This document shows positions 51,958 to 60,299 of a stretch of DNA of 61,887 nucleotides, one piece after another (positions within the stretch are counted from its first letter, which is position 1; the number at the start of each line of letters is the position of its first letter). The notes below the pieces were generated by a model. It was not told the origin of the DNA, ran no database searches, and saw only the letters and a program-made list of their open reading frames with translations. The position numbers and the translations under genes were made by a program. Location: positions 1 to 61,887 of the forward strand of contig JBBQFK010000002.1 of assembly GCA_038321825.1 (NCBI GenBank), written 5' to 3'. Origin of the DNA: Cyanophyceae cyanobacterium. Lineage in GTDB: Bacteria > Cyanobacteriota > Cyanobacteriia > Cyanobacteriales > JAAUUE01.

Positions 51958-52050
51958 ATACCAAATCCGCTTTATGGAGACTAATTAATTTATGCTTAAA
52001 TCCTTTGGGCGCAAGCCTTGCGCCCCTACTTCTATAACCGGATTTGATAT
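51958..52050. repeat. MITE-like repeat, family 1, full-length copy (93 bp)
   Basis: Imperfect terminal inverted repeats are ATACCAAATCCGCTTTATGGAG and the reverse complement ATATCAAATCCGGTTATAGAAG. The central hairpin is GGGCGCAAG-c-CTTGCGCCC. Confidence 0.8.
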
Positions 52051-52075
52051 TAGTTATTTGAGGAGGTTGCATGGG

Positions 52076-53011
52076 TTATGAATCAAGCTGGATTGTGGCT
52101 CCTTTTTCCTCTACCTTGAGAATATGCACTTCTACCTCTACCCCCAATTTTTGCCAAGTAGTCGCCATGGCATCTCCTACAGTTTGCGATCGCTCTTGAG
52201 TAGTCAAAGCCAAAAGCGTTGGGCCAGCACCACTAATAACTAAACCGTAGGCTCCTTGGTCGATCGCCATCTTTCGTACTTCCTGATAACCAACAATCAA
52301 ACTCTGGCGGTAGGGTTGATGAATCCGATCTTGGAGGGCAGCCCTTAACCATTGCTCTTTCCCGGTTGCCAGCCCCCGTAAGAGTAACCCCAGATGGGCG
52401 ACATTAAAGATAGCATCTCCTCGGCTGTAGCTACTGGGCAACACGGCTCTGGCGGCGGCGGTGGATAGCTCAAAATTCGGCACGGCTACTACGGGGATAA
52501 TTTCTGGCAACCAAGGCACATCACAAATTTCCCAAGTGCCATCTTCCCTAGTGGCAGAGAGTTGGCAACCACCGACTAGAGCCGGAACCACGTTATCAGG
52601 ATGTCCTTCGAGGTTGATCGCCAGATTTTGAATTTCTAACAGAGATAGGGGCTGTCCTGCTAGATAATTTGCCCCCAACAAACCCCCGACTAAGGCTGTG
52701 GCGGAACTACCCAAACCCCTAGCGAGAGGAATACCCAATTCTAGGTCGATCGCTACCCCCGGAACTGGTTGCCCCAAAACCTGATAAACAGTACAAAAAG
52801 CCTGATATGCCAAATTACTGCGATCAGTAGCTACCCGCTCCGCCTCCAAGCCTGTCACCCGAATTTCTAGGGGACTAGTTTCCTCTGTCTTTGTAAAAGT
52901 TTTTGTAAAAGTAAACTTGTTATGTAAACTCAGGGCAGCCCCCAAGCAATCGAAACCCGCCCCTAGGTTTGCTGTAGTTGCCGGGACTGTGATAGTAACG
53001 TGATCATTCAT
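52076..53011 (-). CDS. thrB: Homoserine kinase
   Basis: GHMP-kinase motifs PATTANLGAGFDCLG and GLGSSA. The ATG at 53011 is preferred over the TTG at 53068 used in the ORF track. Confidence 0.92.
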   Translation of the reverse strand: MNDHVTITVPATTANLGAGFDCLGAALSLHNKFTFTKTFTKTEETSPLEIRVTGLEAERVATDRSNLAYQAFCTVYQVLGQPVPGVAIDLELGIPLARGLGSSATALVGGLLGANYLAGQPLSLLEIQNLAINLEGHPDNVVPALVGGCQLSATREDGTWEICDVPWLPEIIPVVAVPNFELSTAAARAVLPSSYSRGDAIFNVAHLGLLLRGLATGKEQWLRAALQDRIHQPYRQSLIVGYQEVRKMAIDQGAYGLVISGAGPTLLALTTQERSQTVGDAMATTWQKLGVEVEVHILKVEEKGATIQLDS

Positions 53012-53107
53012 AGAAGATTCATAGAAAGTTATAAATTTATTAAAATTGGCATAGGCTATCTCGCTCAAAGCTACCGCTCTATTAAAACAGAGATGAAGAC
53101 CCAGCAG

Positions 53108-54340
53108 TTAGCTTTCTCGTCGCCACACATTGATTCGTCGATCGTTCCCTCCACTGATTAATAATTTTCCATCTTTACTAAAAGTCAAGGAATGTACCGC
53201 ATCAGAATGGCTAGAAAGATTCCCTAGAAAAGCCCCAGTGCTAACTTCCCAGAGTTTGATAGTCTGATCGGTGCTACCACTAGCAAAAAACTTACCATCG
53301 GGACTCATGGCGATCGCCAAGACAGAGCCAGTGTGGGCAGAGATATCATGGACTAGTTTACCTGTACCTAAATCCCAAATTTTTACTGTTTGGTCTGCAC
53401 TCGCACTCACCAAGAATTTCCCATCGGCTGTAATCCCCAGCGCCGTTACTTGTTTTTCGTGTCCACTGAGGGTCAAGATAGATTCTTTACAGCTTTCTGG
53501 GAAACAGTTTTGCTCTAGGCTCCAAACCTTAATTCCCCCATTGGTTGCCCCACTTGCCAGCAACTTCTCATCGGGACTCATGGCTAGAGCCTGCACCGGA
53601 GCATTATGCCCTGTAAAAGTCTGATTTAGTTTCCCCGTCTCCAAATTCCAAACTTTGACGGTCTGATCACTGCTTGCTGTTACTAGAGTATCCATCTTTG
53701 CACCGAGCAGCACGTTATACACTGAGCCAAAATGGACTTGGATATCTCTGATAATATTGCCATTCACCAAGTCCCAAACCTTGACTACATTCCAGCTACC
53801 GCCCACAGCCAAATCACCACTATTATTGATGGCAACGTCATAAACCCAGAGAGAATACATGGGCAAAACTTTTTGAGGAGTTTGACATTCCTCACCCTCA
53901 CAAATCTGGGATAGATCCCATATTACTGCCTTGGAGTAGTCACTAACAGTAATTAAATTGGTATTGTCTGGGCTGAGAGCTAGGGAGTTGATGGAGTTGC
54001 CGACCCCGGAAAAGGTCTGCTCAATCTGAAACTGGGGGGCAGCCATCTGGGGTACAGGAGGAGGACTAGGAGGCTTATTGTCATCCCTAGCTTCGTTCGG
54101 TGATTTGATCATCGATCCAAGAGGTCGGGGCAGGGCACTAGGTAAGGGGATGGGACTATCTGAGGGATTATCGGCTAAGTTCTGAGACTCTTGTTGAGAT
54201 TTTTGTTGAGACTGTACCCACTGCCAGCCAGCCCAGCCTCCTAGACCCGTTGCGATCGCAATCACCATCCACACTCGATATCGTTGCCAAGATGACCGGA
54301 ATATCTTGACTAGTTGCAAAGATGGCATATTTTTATCCAT
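53108..54340 (-). CDS. Membrane-anchored WD40-repeat protein
   Basis: 410 aa with an N-terminal TM helix, a Pro-rich linker and about seven WD repeats (e.g. DQTVKVWNL, DQTIKLWEV). Confidence 0.88.
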   Translation of the reverse strand: MDKNMPSLQLVKIFRSSWQRYRVWMVIAIATGLGGWAGWQWVQSQQKSQQESQNLADNPSDSPIPLPSALPRPLGSMIKSPNEARDDNKPPSPPPVPQMAAPQFQIEQTFSGVGNSINSLALSPDNTNLITVSDYSKAVIWDLSQICEGEECQTPQKVLPMYSLWVYDVAINNSGDLAVGGSWNVVKVWDLVNGNIIRDIQVHFGSVYNVLLGAKMDTLVTASSDQTVKVWNLETGKLNQTFTGHNAPVQALAMSPDEKLLASGATNGGIKVWSLEQNCFPESCKESILTLSGHEKQVTALGITADGKFLVSASADQTVKIWDLGTGKLVHDISAHTGSVLAIAMSPDGKFFASGSTDQTIKLWEVSTGAFLGNLSSHSDAVHSLTFSKDGKLLISGGNDRRINVWRRES

Positions 54341-54608
54341 GATCCCGAATTTCTTTTATCGTCTATCTTCGATCGAGCTTCAACTCTCTACTTCAAAGGT
54401 ATCAAAAACTTCAATAGAATATCAGCAACATATTGATAGCTTTAGCAATATTAATTAATCTGCAATCCTATCTACCAATGTATTACTTGCTTAAGAATTG
54501 TTCAATAGGTTTTTAACAGGTGTTTAATAGGCTGATGGTGGCAGTTGGCGATCGCAGGTTTGGGGAATTGCTAGATATTAGTTTAATTTTCTAGTTTAAT
54601 TTTCTAGC

Positions 54609-54905
54609 TTATCTTCTGGGGCAAAAATCGGGGCAGTTAATGGCAACATCAGAATTGGCAGTATCTGGATGCACTGTACATTTGAGTCGATGATCATTGG
54701 TAAAAAACTCGCACCTACTACAGGGAATACTGTGTAGCTGTTGGATTTGACGGATGCCATTTTTGTAAGTGCGGTAGAGAGAAACTAGGCTGAAGGCAAT
54801 CAGCCACCAAGTAGCGAGGAAGCAGATCGGCACTAAGTAAAGGCGGAAGAGTTGGAGAATGGCCTGGAAGATATATAGGAAATTGAGCTGGAGGAGATGA
54901 AACAC
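54609..54905 (-). CDS. Small membrane protein with a C-terminal Cys-rich motif
   Basis: 98 aa with a GTG start, two hydrophobic helices, then CSRCEFF...C...C..FC. Confidence 0.5.
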   Translation of the reverse strand: MFHLLQLNFLYIFQAILQLFRLYLVPICFLATWWLIAFSLVSLYRTYKNGIRQIQQLHSIPCSRCEFFTNDHRLKCTVHPDTANSDVAINCPDFCPRR

Positions 54906-55057
54906 GATCGCTCTGGGGAGTTGGGGGAATTAATTATTTAACTCTTTGGGAACTTTGGGAATTTTAGAAATTTTAGAAATAGGGGAAGAGTTGCTGCTAA
55001 TTTTAGTTGATGCTAGTTGAGGCGATCGAGTCCAATCATAAATTTTTATGAATTAAG

Positions 55058-55411
55058 TTATTTTGCTGAATCAGAAATCTCCGTCTCTTTAGGTCGGGGA
55101 GTGTCAACTGGTTTAATTTGATCTCGGTGTCGCCAGATCCACCAGCCAGCGAGACAGAAAGTACAATTTCCAAGGACGGTCATCGCCGCTTGGAGAGTCA
55201 CTAACCATTCGAGGTCGGGGCTATTGTCAAAGAAATGCCACGTACAGGCACACATCGCACTCACTAGGGCTGGCAACATTCCGTAGGCAAGGGCAAACCA
55301 AGCTCGATCGCCCGTCACTTCCCCATACCGCCAGATTAACCCAATGGCGACAATCCATTCCAAAACGCTAGAAATATGAATAATCCAAGTGGGAATTGAG
55401 AGGGCGTGCAT
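55058..55411 (-). CDS. Ycf49-like protein (DUF2499)
   Basis: 117 aa. MHALSIPTWIIHISSVLEW...WRYGE is typical of Ycf49. Confidence 0.85.
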   Translation of the reverse strand: MHALSIPTWIIHISSVLEWIVAIGLIWRYGEVTGDRAWFALAYGMLPALVSAMCACTWHFFDNSPDLEWLVTLQAAMTVLGNCTFCLAGWWIWRHRDQIKPVDTPRPKETEISDSAK

Positions 55412-55536
55412 AGATTCAGAGTATAGATGAGATAATAATCCTATGATTTTAAGCCATAGAAGAGATCAAAAGAGATTAGGGGAAATTTTGGCAATGCTTC
55501 CGGGATTGCTTCCGGGATTAGTGATAGGGAGAATTT

Positions 55537-56496
55537 ATGAAAAAGAGATTATTGGGGAAATCAGGGATTGCCATTACGCCGCTGATTATGGGGACTTGGC
55601 AAGCGGGGAAGCGGAACTGGGTCGGCATTGAGGATGCGGAAAGTATTCAAGCCCTCCAAGCAGCTAACGGAGCGGGAATTACTACGATCGATACGGCGGA
55701 GATCTATGGGGATGGTCACTCTGAGCAAATTGTAGCGGCGGCTCTGGCAGGACAGCGAGACCAGTTAGTTTATGCTTCTAAGGTATTTCCTAGCCATCTA
55801 AAGCACGATCAAGTAATTGCTGCCTGTGAACGATCGCTGCAAAACCTGCAAACTGATTATATTGATCTCTACCAAATCCATTGGCCGAGTGGTGCTTTTA
55901 ATAGTGAAATTGTCCCCATTGAGGAAACTATGACTGCCCTGAATTTGCTGCAAAGCCAAGGGAAAATCCGGTCGATCGGTGTGTCGAACTTTTCTCTGAG
56001 CCAATTACAAGAAGCTAGTCAGTATGGACGTATTGACAGCATTCAGCCCCCCTATTCTCTCTTTTGGCGCTGGGCAGAAACAGAACTTCAGCCCTACTGC
56101 CTTGGGGAAAATATCTCGATTCTTGCCTATTCTTCCCTGGCCCAAGGGTTTCTTACGGGGAAATTTGGGGCAGATCATCAATTTGCTGAGGGTGATATTC
56201 GATCAAAACACCGCCTCCGGGAACCAGCCAATTATCAACGGGTGCAGGAAGCGATCGCCGCCCTCCGCCCCATTGCTGCGACTTATGAATGTACTCTCGG
56301 ACAACTCGCCCTCGCTTGGTTAATTACTCGCCCCCAAACCAGTGCGATCGTGGGTGCTAGATCCCCCCAACAAGCCAAGGAAAATGCCCAAGCCGGAGAT
56401 TTAACCATTAGTCCCGCAGATTTGGCTCGGATTGAGGCGATCGGCAACACGGTGACAGATCATCTAGATCAAAATCCTCTCCAGTGGTTTTTCTAG
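55537..56496 (+). CDS. Aldo/keto reductase
   Basis: 319 aa with ITTIDTAEIYGDG, DLYQIHWP and IGVSNF motifs. Confidence 0.92.
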   Translation: MKKRLLGKSGIAITPLIMGTWQAGKRNWVGIEDAESIQALQAANGAGITTIDTAEIYGDGHSEQIVAAALAGQRDQLVYASKVFPSHLKHDQVIAACERSLQNLQTDYIDLYQIHWPSGAFNSEIVPIEETMTALNLLQSQGKIRSIGVSNFSLSQLQEASQYGRIDSIQPPYSLFWRWAETELQPYCLGENISILAYSSLAQGFLTGKFGADHQFAEGDIRSKHRLREPANYQRVQEAIAALRPIAATYECTLGQLALAWLITRPQTSAIVGARSPQQAKENAQAGDLTISPADLARIEAIGNTVTDHLDQNPLQWFF

Positions 56497-56596
56497 TCTC
56501 TGCTACCTGTTAAATAGATGCTCGATCGTGTGGTACACTAGGCAAGGACTAATCGTTAGACAAAAAATTAATCATTATATTAAAGAGTAGGAAAGA

Positions 56597-56776
56597 ATGA
56601 CTCAAGTCGTTGTTGGACAAAATGAGGGCATTGATTCAGCCCTGCGTCGCTTTAAGCGTCAAGTATCTAAGGCTGGAATTCTGACAGAAGTTCGGAGACA
56701 CCGCCACTTTGAAACCCCTCTAGAAAAAAAGAAGCGGAAAGAAGAAGCTCGGCGGAAAAAACGCTGGCACAACTAG
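56597..56776 (+). CDS. rpsU: 30S ribosomal protein S21
   Basis: My own translation gives [59 protein letters not shown] (59 aa). It is below the ORF-track length cut-off. Confidence 0.9.
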   Translation: MTQVVVGQNEGIDSALRRFKRQVSKAGILTEVRRHRHFETPLEKKKRKEEARRKKRWHN

Positions 56777-56870
56777 GGCAGGGACTTAGTTCTTCGAGTT
56801 GTCGGATTAATTTAATAAGGGCGATCGCAAATCTATCAGTTTTGATAAGGGCGATCGCTGTTTTTGTGTA

Positions 56871-56930
56871 TTTATTTCTCGATCGAGCTTCACTTATAAT
56901 ATAAATAAATACATCAAACACTGCCCTATG
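56871..56930 (+). promoter_or_regulatory. Promoter/leader repeat copy 1 (TATAAT at 56895-56900) ending in the antitoxin ATG
   Basis: 60 nt that match 57471-57530 at 56 of 60 positions. Confidence 0.6.
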
Positions 56931-57158
56931 AATGCTATCAAATACAGCACAACAGTCAAGAATGGCAAACTTGATCTACCATTTTTAGATTTGCCTGAAG
57001 GAACAGTTGTAGAGGCCATATTATTGGTTGATCAGTCAGAGTTAGATGAAACGGCATACTTACTTTCTTCCGATGCAAATCGGCGTAACTTGATTGCGGG
57101 ATTAGAAGAATTACAGAAACCTCAGAATTATATTTATGTTGACCCTGCGGTTTTATGA
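56928..57158 (+). CDS. Type II antitoxin with a YefM-like C-terminal tail and a DUF104/AF2212-like N-terminus
   Basis: 76 aa. ETAYLLSSDANRRNLIAGLEEL resembles the YefM toxin-binding tail. The N-terminus ...GKLDLPFLDLPEGTVVEAILL resembles DUF104-type antitoxins. It overlaps the yoeB ATG (ATGA). Confidence 0.75.
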   Translation: MNAIKYSTTVKNGKLDLPFLDLPEGTVVEAILLVDQSELDETAYLLSSDANRRNLIAGLEELQKPQNYIYVDPAVL

Positions 57159-57412
57159 GAAAGATTGCATTTCTACCTAGGGGCTTTGATGAGTTTAATC
57201 AATGGGCGATCGATGACAAGAAAATTTACGCTAAGATTGTCACTCTGGTTAAGGATATCCAACGAGATCCATTTTCTGGTCTGGGGAAGCCAGAAGCTTT
57301 GAAATATGAACTTTCGGGCTTATGATCACGACGAATTACAGAGGAGCATCGCCTGGTTTACAGCATTGCACCGGAAGAAGTGGTAATTGTCTCTTGTAGA
57401 TTTCACTATTAA
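57155..57412 (+). pseudogene. yoeB: YoeB/Txe-family toxin with an in-frame TGA replacing a conserved Trp codon
   Basis: The translation is MRKIAFLP...[41 protein letters not shown]. The stop at 57323-57325 aligns with the W of [15 protein letters not shown] in E. coli YoeB. Confidence 0.8.
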
Positions 57413-57470
57413 CTCGATCGCCTTTCCGAATATAAAACTTGAACCTGATCAAGCTCAAGGTTTTAGTTAA

Positions 57471-57530
57471 TTTATTTCTCGATCGAGCTTCATTTATAAT
57501 ATAGACAAATACATCAAACACTGCTCTATG
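57471..57530 (+). promoter_or_regulatory. Promoter/leader repeat copy 2
   Basis: It lies exactly 600 bp downstream of copy 1. Here the ATG opens only a 9-codon ORF, and the antitoxin starts at 57581. Confidence 0.6.
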
Positions 57531-57580
57531 ATTGATGATAAAGGTCAGCTATGCTGAAAATAGACCATAAACTTTAAAGA

Positions 57581-57820
57581 ATGATGATCCAAGAACTTGA
57601 AGCCGTATTTGATGGGACAGCCCTTCAACTTGAAAAACCCTTAAATCTAGCCGTAGGAACGAGGGTGCGGATTGTCGTTGAAAGTGTCTTGCCCAAGGAA
57701 GTCAACCCACCTAAAACATTTCTGAAAACTGCTCAGTCTTTAAAATTACGGGGTGAGCCAGATTGGTCGGAAAAAATTGACCAATATTTGGATGCGGCAA
57801 CTTTGTCTAACAATGACTAA
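57581..57820 (+). CDS. DUF104/AF2212-like antitoxin partnered with VapC
   Basis: 79 aa. The N-terminus LEAVFDGTALQLEKPLNLAVGTRVRIVVE resembles DUF104 antitoxins. It overlaps the PIN gene start by 8 nt (ATGACTAA). Confidence 0.7.
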   Translation: MMIQELEAVFDGTALQLEKPLNLAVGTRVRIVVESVLPKEVNPPKTFLKTAQSLKLRGEPDWSEKIDQYLDAATLSNND

Positions 57821-58226
57821 AGTTTTTTTAGATACTTCTTTTGCGATCGCCTTATCTTCTGTCACCGATCAAAATCATGAACGAGCTGTTAAACTTGCCA
57901 ACCAAATTGAGACTGAGAGAACCCGTTTGGTCACAACGCAGGCGATCCTGCTGGAAATAGGTAATTCGCTTTCTAAGCAAAAATACAGAGCGGCGGCAAT
58001 CCAACTTTTGGAGTCTCTCGAAACTGATCCTAGTGTCGAAGTCGTTTTATTAACCAATAGCCTCTACAAATTAGCCTTCAATTTGTTTAAGCAACGAGAA
58101 GACAAAGAATGGGGTTTAGTGGACTGTATATCATTCATCGTGATGCAGGATCGAGGAATTACTGATGCACTGACAACCGATACCCATTTTCAGCAGGCAG
58201 GATTTCGAGCACTATTAAGGGTTTAA
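57813..58226 (+). CDS. vapC: PIN-domain toxin (VapC family)
   Basis: 137 aa from MTKVFLDTSF. The acidic PIN residues lie in FLDTS, LLEIG, LVDCIS and TTDTHF. The ORF-track start at 57753 is unlikely. Confidence 0.85.
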   Translation: MTKVFLDTSFAIALSSVTDQNHERAVKLANQIETERTRLVTTQAILLEIGNSLSKQKYRAAAIQLLESLETDPSVEVVLLTNSLYKLAFNLFKQREDKEWGLVDCISFIVMQDRGITDALTTDTHFQQAGFRALLRV

Positions 58227-58283
58227 TCACCTTATATAAAGCCAGAACCTGCCTCTACGATCGAGCCTGTACGTCTTGAACGA

Positions 58284-58565
58284 TTGGCCCAGAACTTTCT
58301 GCAAATGGCATCTCTCAGTTTGGATGAAGTTAATCGGGAAGGGGTACTTGGGATTGTTAGAGAAAGTAAAGTATTTTTAGAACTGATAGCCATTGATTTA
58401 GATGTAGACAGCGCCTTTGAATTAGCTCAAATACAACGTCAATTGTCTCGATGGCATACCCATTGGTGGTCAACTTGGGCAAGTGATTCTAGTCGTCTGG
58501 AAATTTCAACCTTGTCTCAAACCTGGGCAAATCGAATTAGGGAGATGGCAGGAGTTCTGGTTTAA
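58284..58565 (+). CDS. Hypothetical protein
   Basis: 93-aa ORF with a TTG start (ATG alternative at 58305). No family recognised. Confidence 0.4.
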   Translation: MAQNFLQMASLSLDEVNREGVLGIVRESKVFLELIAIDLDVDSAFELAQIQRQLSRWHTHWWSTWASDSSRLEISTLSQTWANRIREMAGVLV

Positions 58566-58768
58566 GGTTTTTAGTGCGATCGCCAATTTTGTAGGGTGAC
58601 TTATTGAAAATCCTGCGTGACTTAGAATGATGGGGATTGTGGGTAATGCTTCATCGTCAAAAAAGGAAAACTTGATTGAACTAGGCCTAAGTTGAGGCTT
58701 CTTGGTCATCCTGAATCATCTGCATCAGAATATTTGCGGCTTCCGTTGCGCCGTTCTTCTAAGATTTT

Positions 58769-60235
58769 TTATTTTGATTTTTTATTTTCGTCGATCGACA
58801 TCCCTAACCACTCGCTAATTTCTGCGGCAATCCAATCAATTTCTCTGACGGTCAATCTATTGCGGGAAGTTAGGGCATAGGTTCGGGAGCCAGCCACAAT
58901 TTCTAATTTACTATCTAACCAAACTAGCTCACCAGATTTGTTCTGTTTACAGGCGATCGGGAATTTACGAATTGATTGAATTACTTCGGTACTACTGGCA
59001 GGGACAATATTTTGTTTAGCACCCCAGAGTTCTTTTTGTAAACTAATTTGCGATCGATCTATTCTTAATTTTATTCTGCCAAAACAACTAAAAATAATAG
59101 TAAATATCAATGCCAGACCACTTAAAATTACAATCCCCCAAAATACTTTATCTCCTAAACCAGCTTGGCTAATTGTACTTGAAGTATTTAACATCAAAGG
59201 CAAGGCAAAGGAGACCACACCCAAGACGGCAAACCCCATACCCGGAGAGGGGAGAATAATCTCTATATATTCTGGATGGCGATGACAAATAACATCGGTG
59301 TGGCGGGGCTTGAGAACAGCACTATCTGAAGTATTACCTAATGAATTATCGGATAAATTATTAGCAGAGTTTGAGAGATTAGCTGGATCGATCGAGGGAT
59401 TTGTTAACGATCGAATTGTTTGATTATCCAGAGCTTCTAGAGCTTGAGTTGCTGTTGCCAAGCGCTGATCAATACTGGGTTCTGTCAACCATGCTAACCA
59501 ATCCTCAAAAGCAGGATTAAGATTAACTAAAGAGGCAAATTGGAGCCGGAGATTTTCTTGGGGTAATTCTGTAGGATGTCTGCCCGTTGCTAAATAAATT
59601 AAAGTTGCTCCCAAACTATACAAATCTGAGGCTGGAGTAGTTCTGCCGCCAAACTGTTCTGGAGGCATATAGCCGTAGGTTCCCACTACTGTAATTGTGC
59701 CGCCTTCCTGAGCTGCTAAGTGTTGCACCGAACCAAAATCTACTAAGTAAACATCTCCTACCTGATGACCAGATCTATTTGTCAACAGGATATTACTAGG
59801 TTTCAAATCCCGGTGGATGAGGGCAGGTGTTTGGGCTTGGAGATAAATTAAAGTATCTAACAAAGCACGAGCAATCTGGATAACTTCTGCCTCTGAAAAA
59901 GTCCGCCCCGCCTTGAGATGATCTTCAAGATTTTCCGCTTCTATATAAGTTTGAACGAGGGCAAAACCCTTAAAATCTGGCTCGTCTATTTCTAGATAAT
60001 CTAGATAGCGGGGAATGGCGGGATGATTTAAATTTTTGAGAGTTTCTGCTTCTCTGGTAAATAATTTGAGATGCTGCCAAGAGAAATTATTACCAAGGCT
60101 CAAGAGTTTGACAACCACGGAATTTTTGGTAATATCTGGAGCTAATTTATCCAGAGCCAAGAAGGTTTTTCTACCAATTTGATCACCAAGTTTTTCTTGG
60201 AGAAGATAGCGATCGCCTAATAATTTTCCTTGCAT
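58769..60235 (-). CDS. Ser/Thr protein kinase with TM segments and an uncharacterised C-terminal domain
   Basis: 488 aa with VVKLL, HRDLKPSNILL, DFGS and GTYGYMPPEQ motifs, two TM helices, and a C-terminal region of about 100 aa. Confidence 0.9.
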   Translation of the reverse strand: MQGKLLGDRYLLQEKLGDQIGRKTFLALDKLAPDITKNSVVVKLLSLGNNFSWQHLKLFTREAETLKNLNHPAIPRYLDYLEIDEPDFKGFALVQTYIEAENLEDHLKAGRTFSEAEVIQIARALLDTLIYLQAQTPALIHRDLKPSNILLTNRSGHQVGDVYLVDFGSVQHLAAQEGGTITVVGTYGYMPPEQFGGRTTPASDLYSLGATLIYLATGRHPTELPQENLRLQFASLVNLNPAFEDWLAWLTEPSIDQRLATATQALEALDNQTIRSLTNPSIDPANLSNSANNLSDNSLGNTSDSAVLKPRHTDVICHRHPEYIEIILPSPGMGFAVLGVVSFALPLMLNTSSTISQAGLGDKVFWGIVILSGLALIFTIIFSCFGRIKLRIDRSQISLQKELWGAKQNIVPASSTEVIQSIRKFPIACKQNKSGELVWLDSKLEIVAGSRTYALTSRNRLTVREIDWIAAEISEWLGMSIDENKKSK

Positions 60236-60299
60236 AATTTTTATTCAATTCAATGATTTTTTATCAGGATTTACTGTGCTAGGTACTTCTTTACTTAGA

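Noticed and set aside
55443-55631. 62-aa ORF overlapping the aldo/keto reductase start.
   Set aside because: It is out of frame with, and overlaps, a gene with clear family motifs, and it has no independent support.
56667-57521. Two minus-strand ORFs (56667-56921 and 57336-57521) with nearly identical N-termini (MFDVF[IV]YII[SN]EARSRNK) looked like a paralogous small-protein pair.
   Set aside because: The similarity is confined to the duplicated 60-bp promoter/leader repeat. The ORFs overlap rpsU and yoeB respectively and diverge completely outside the repeat.
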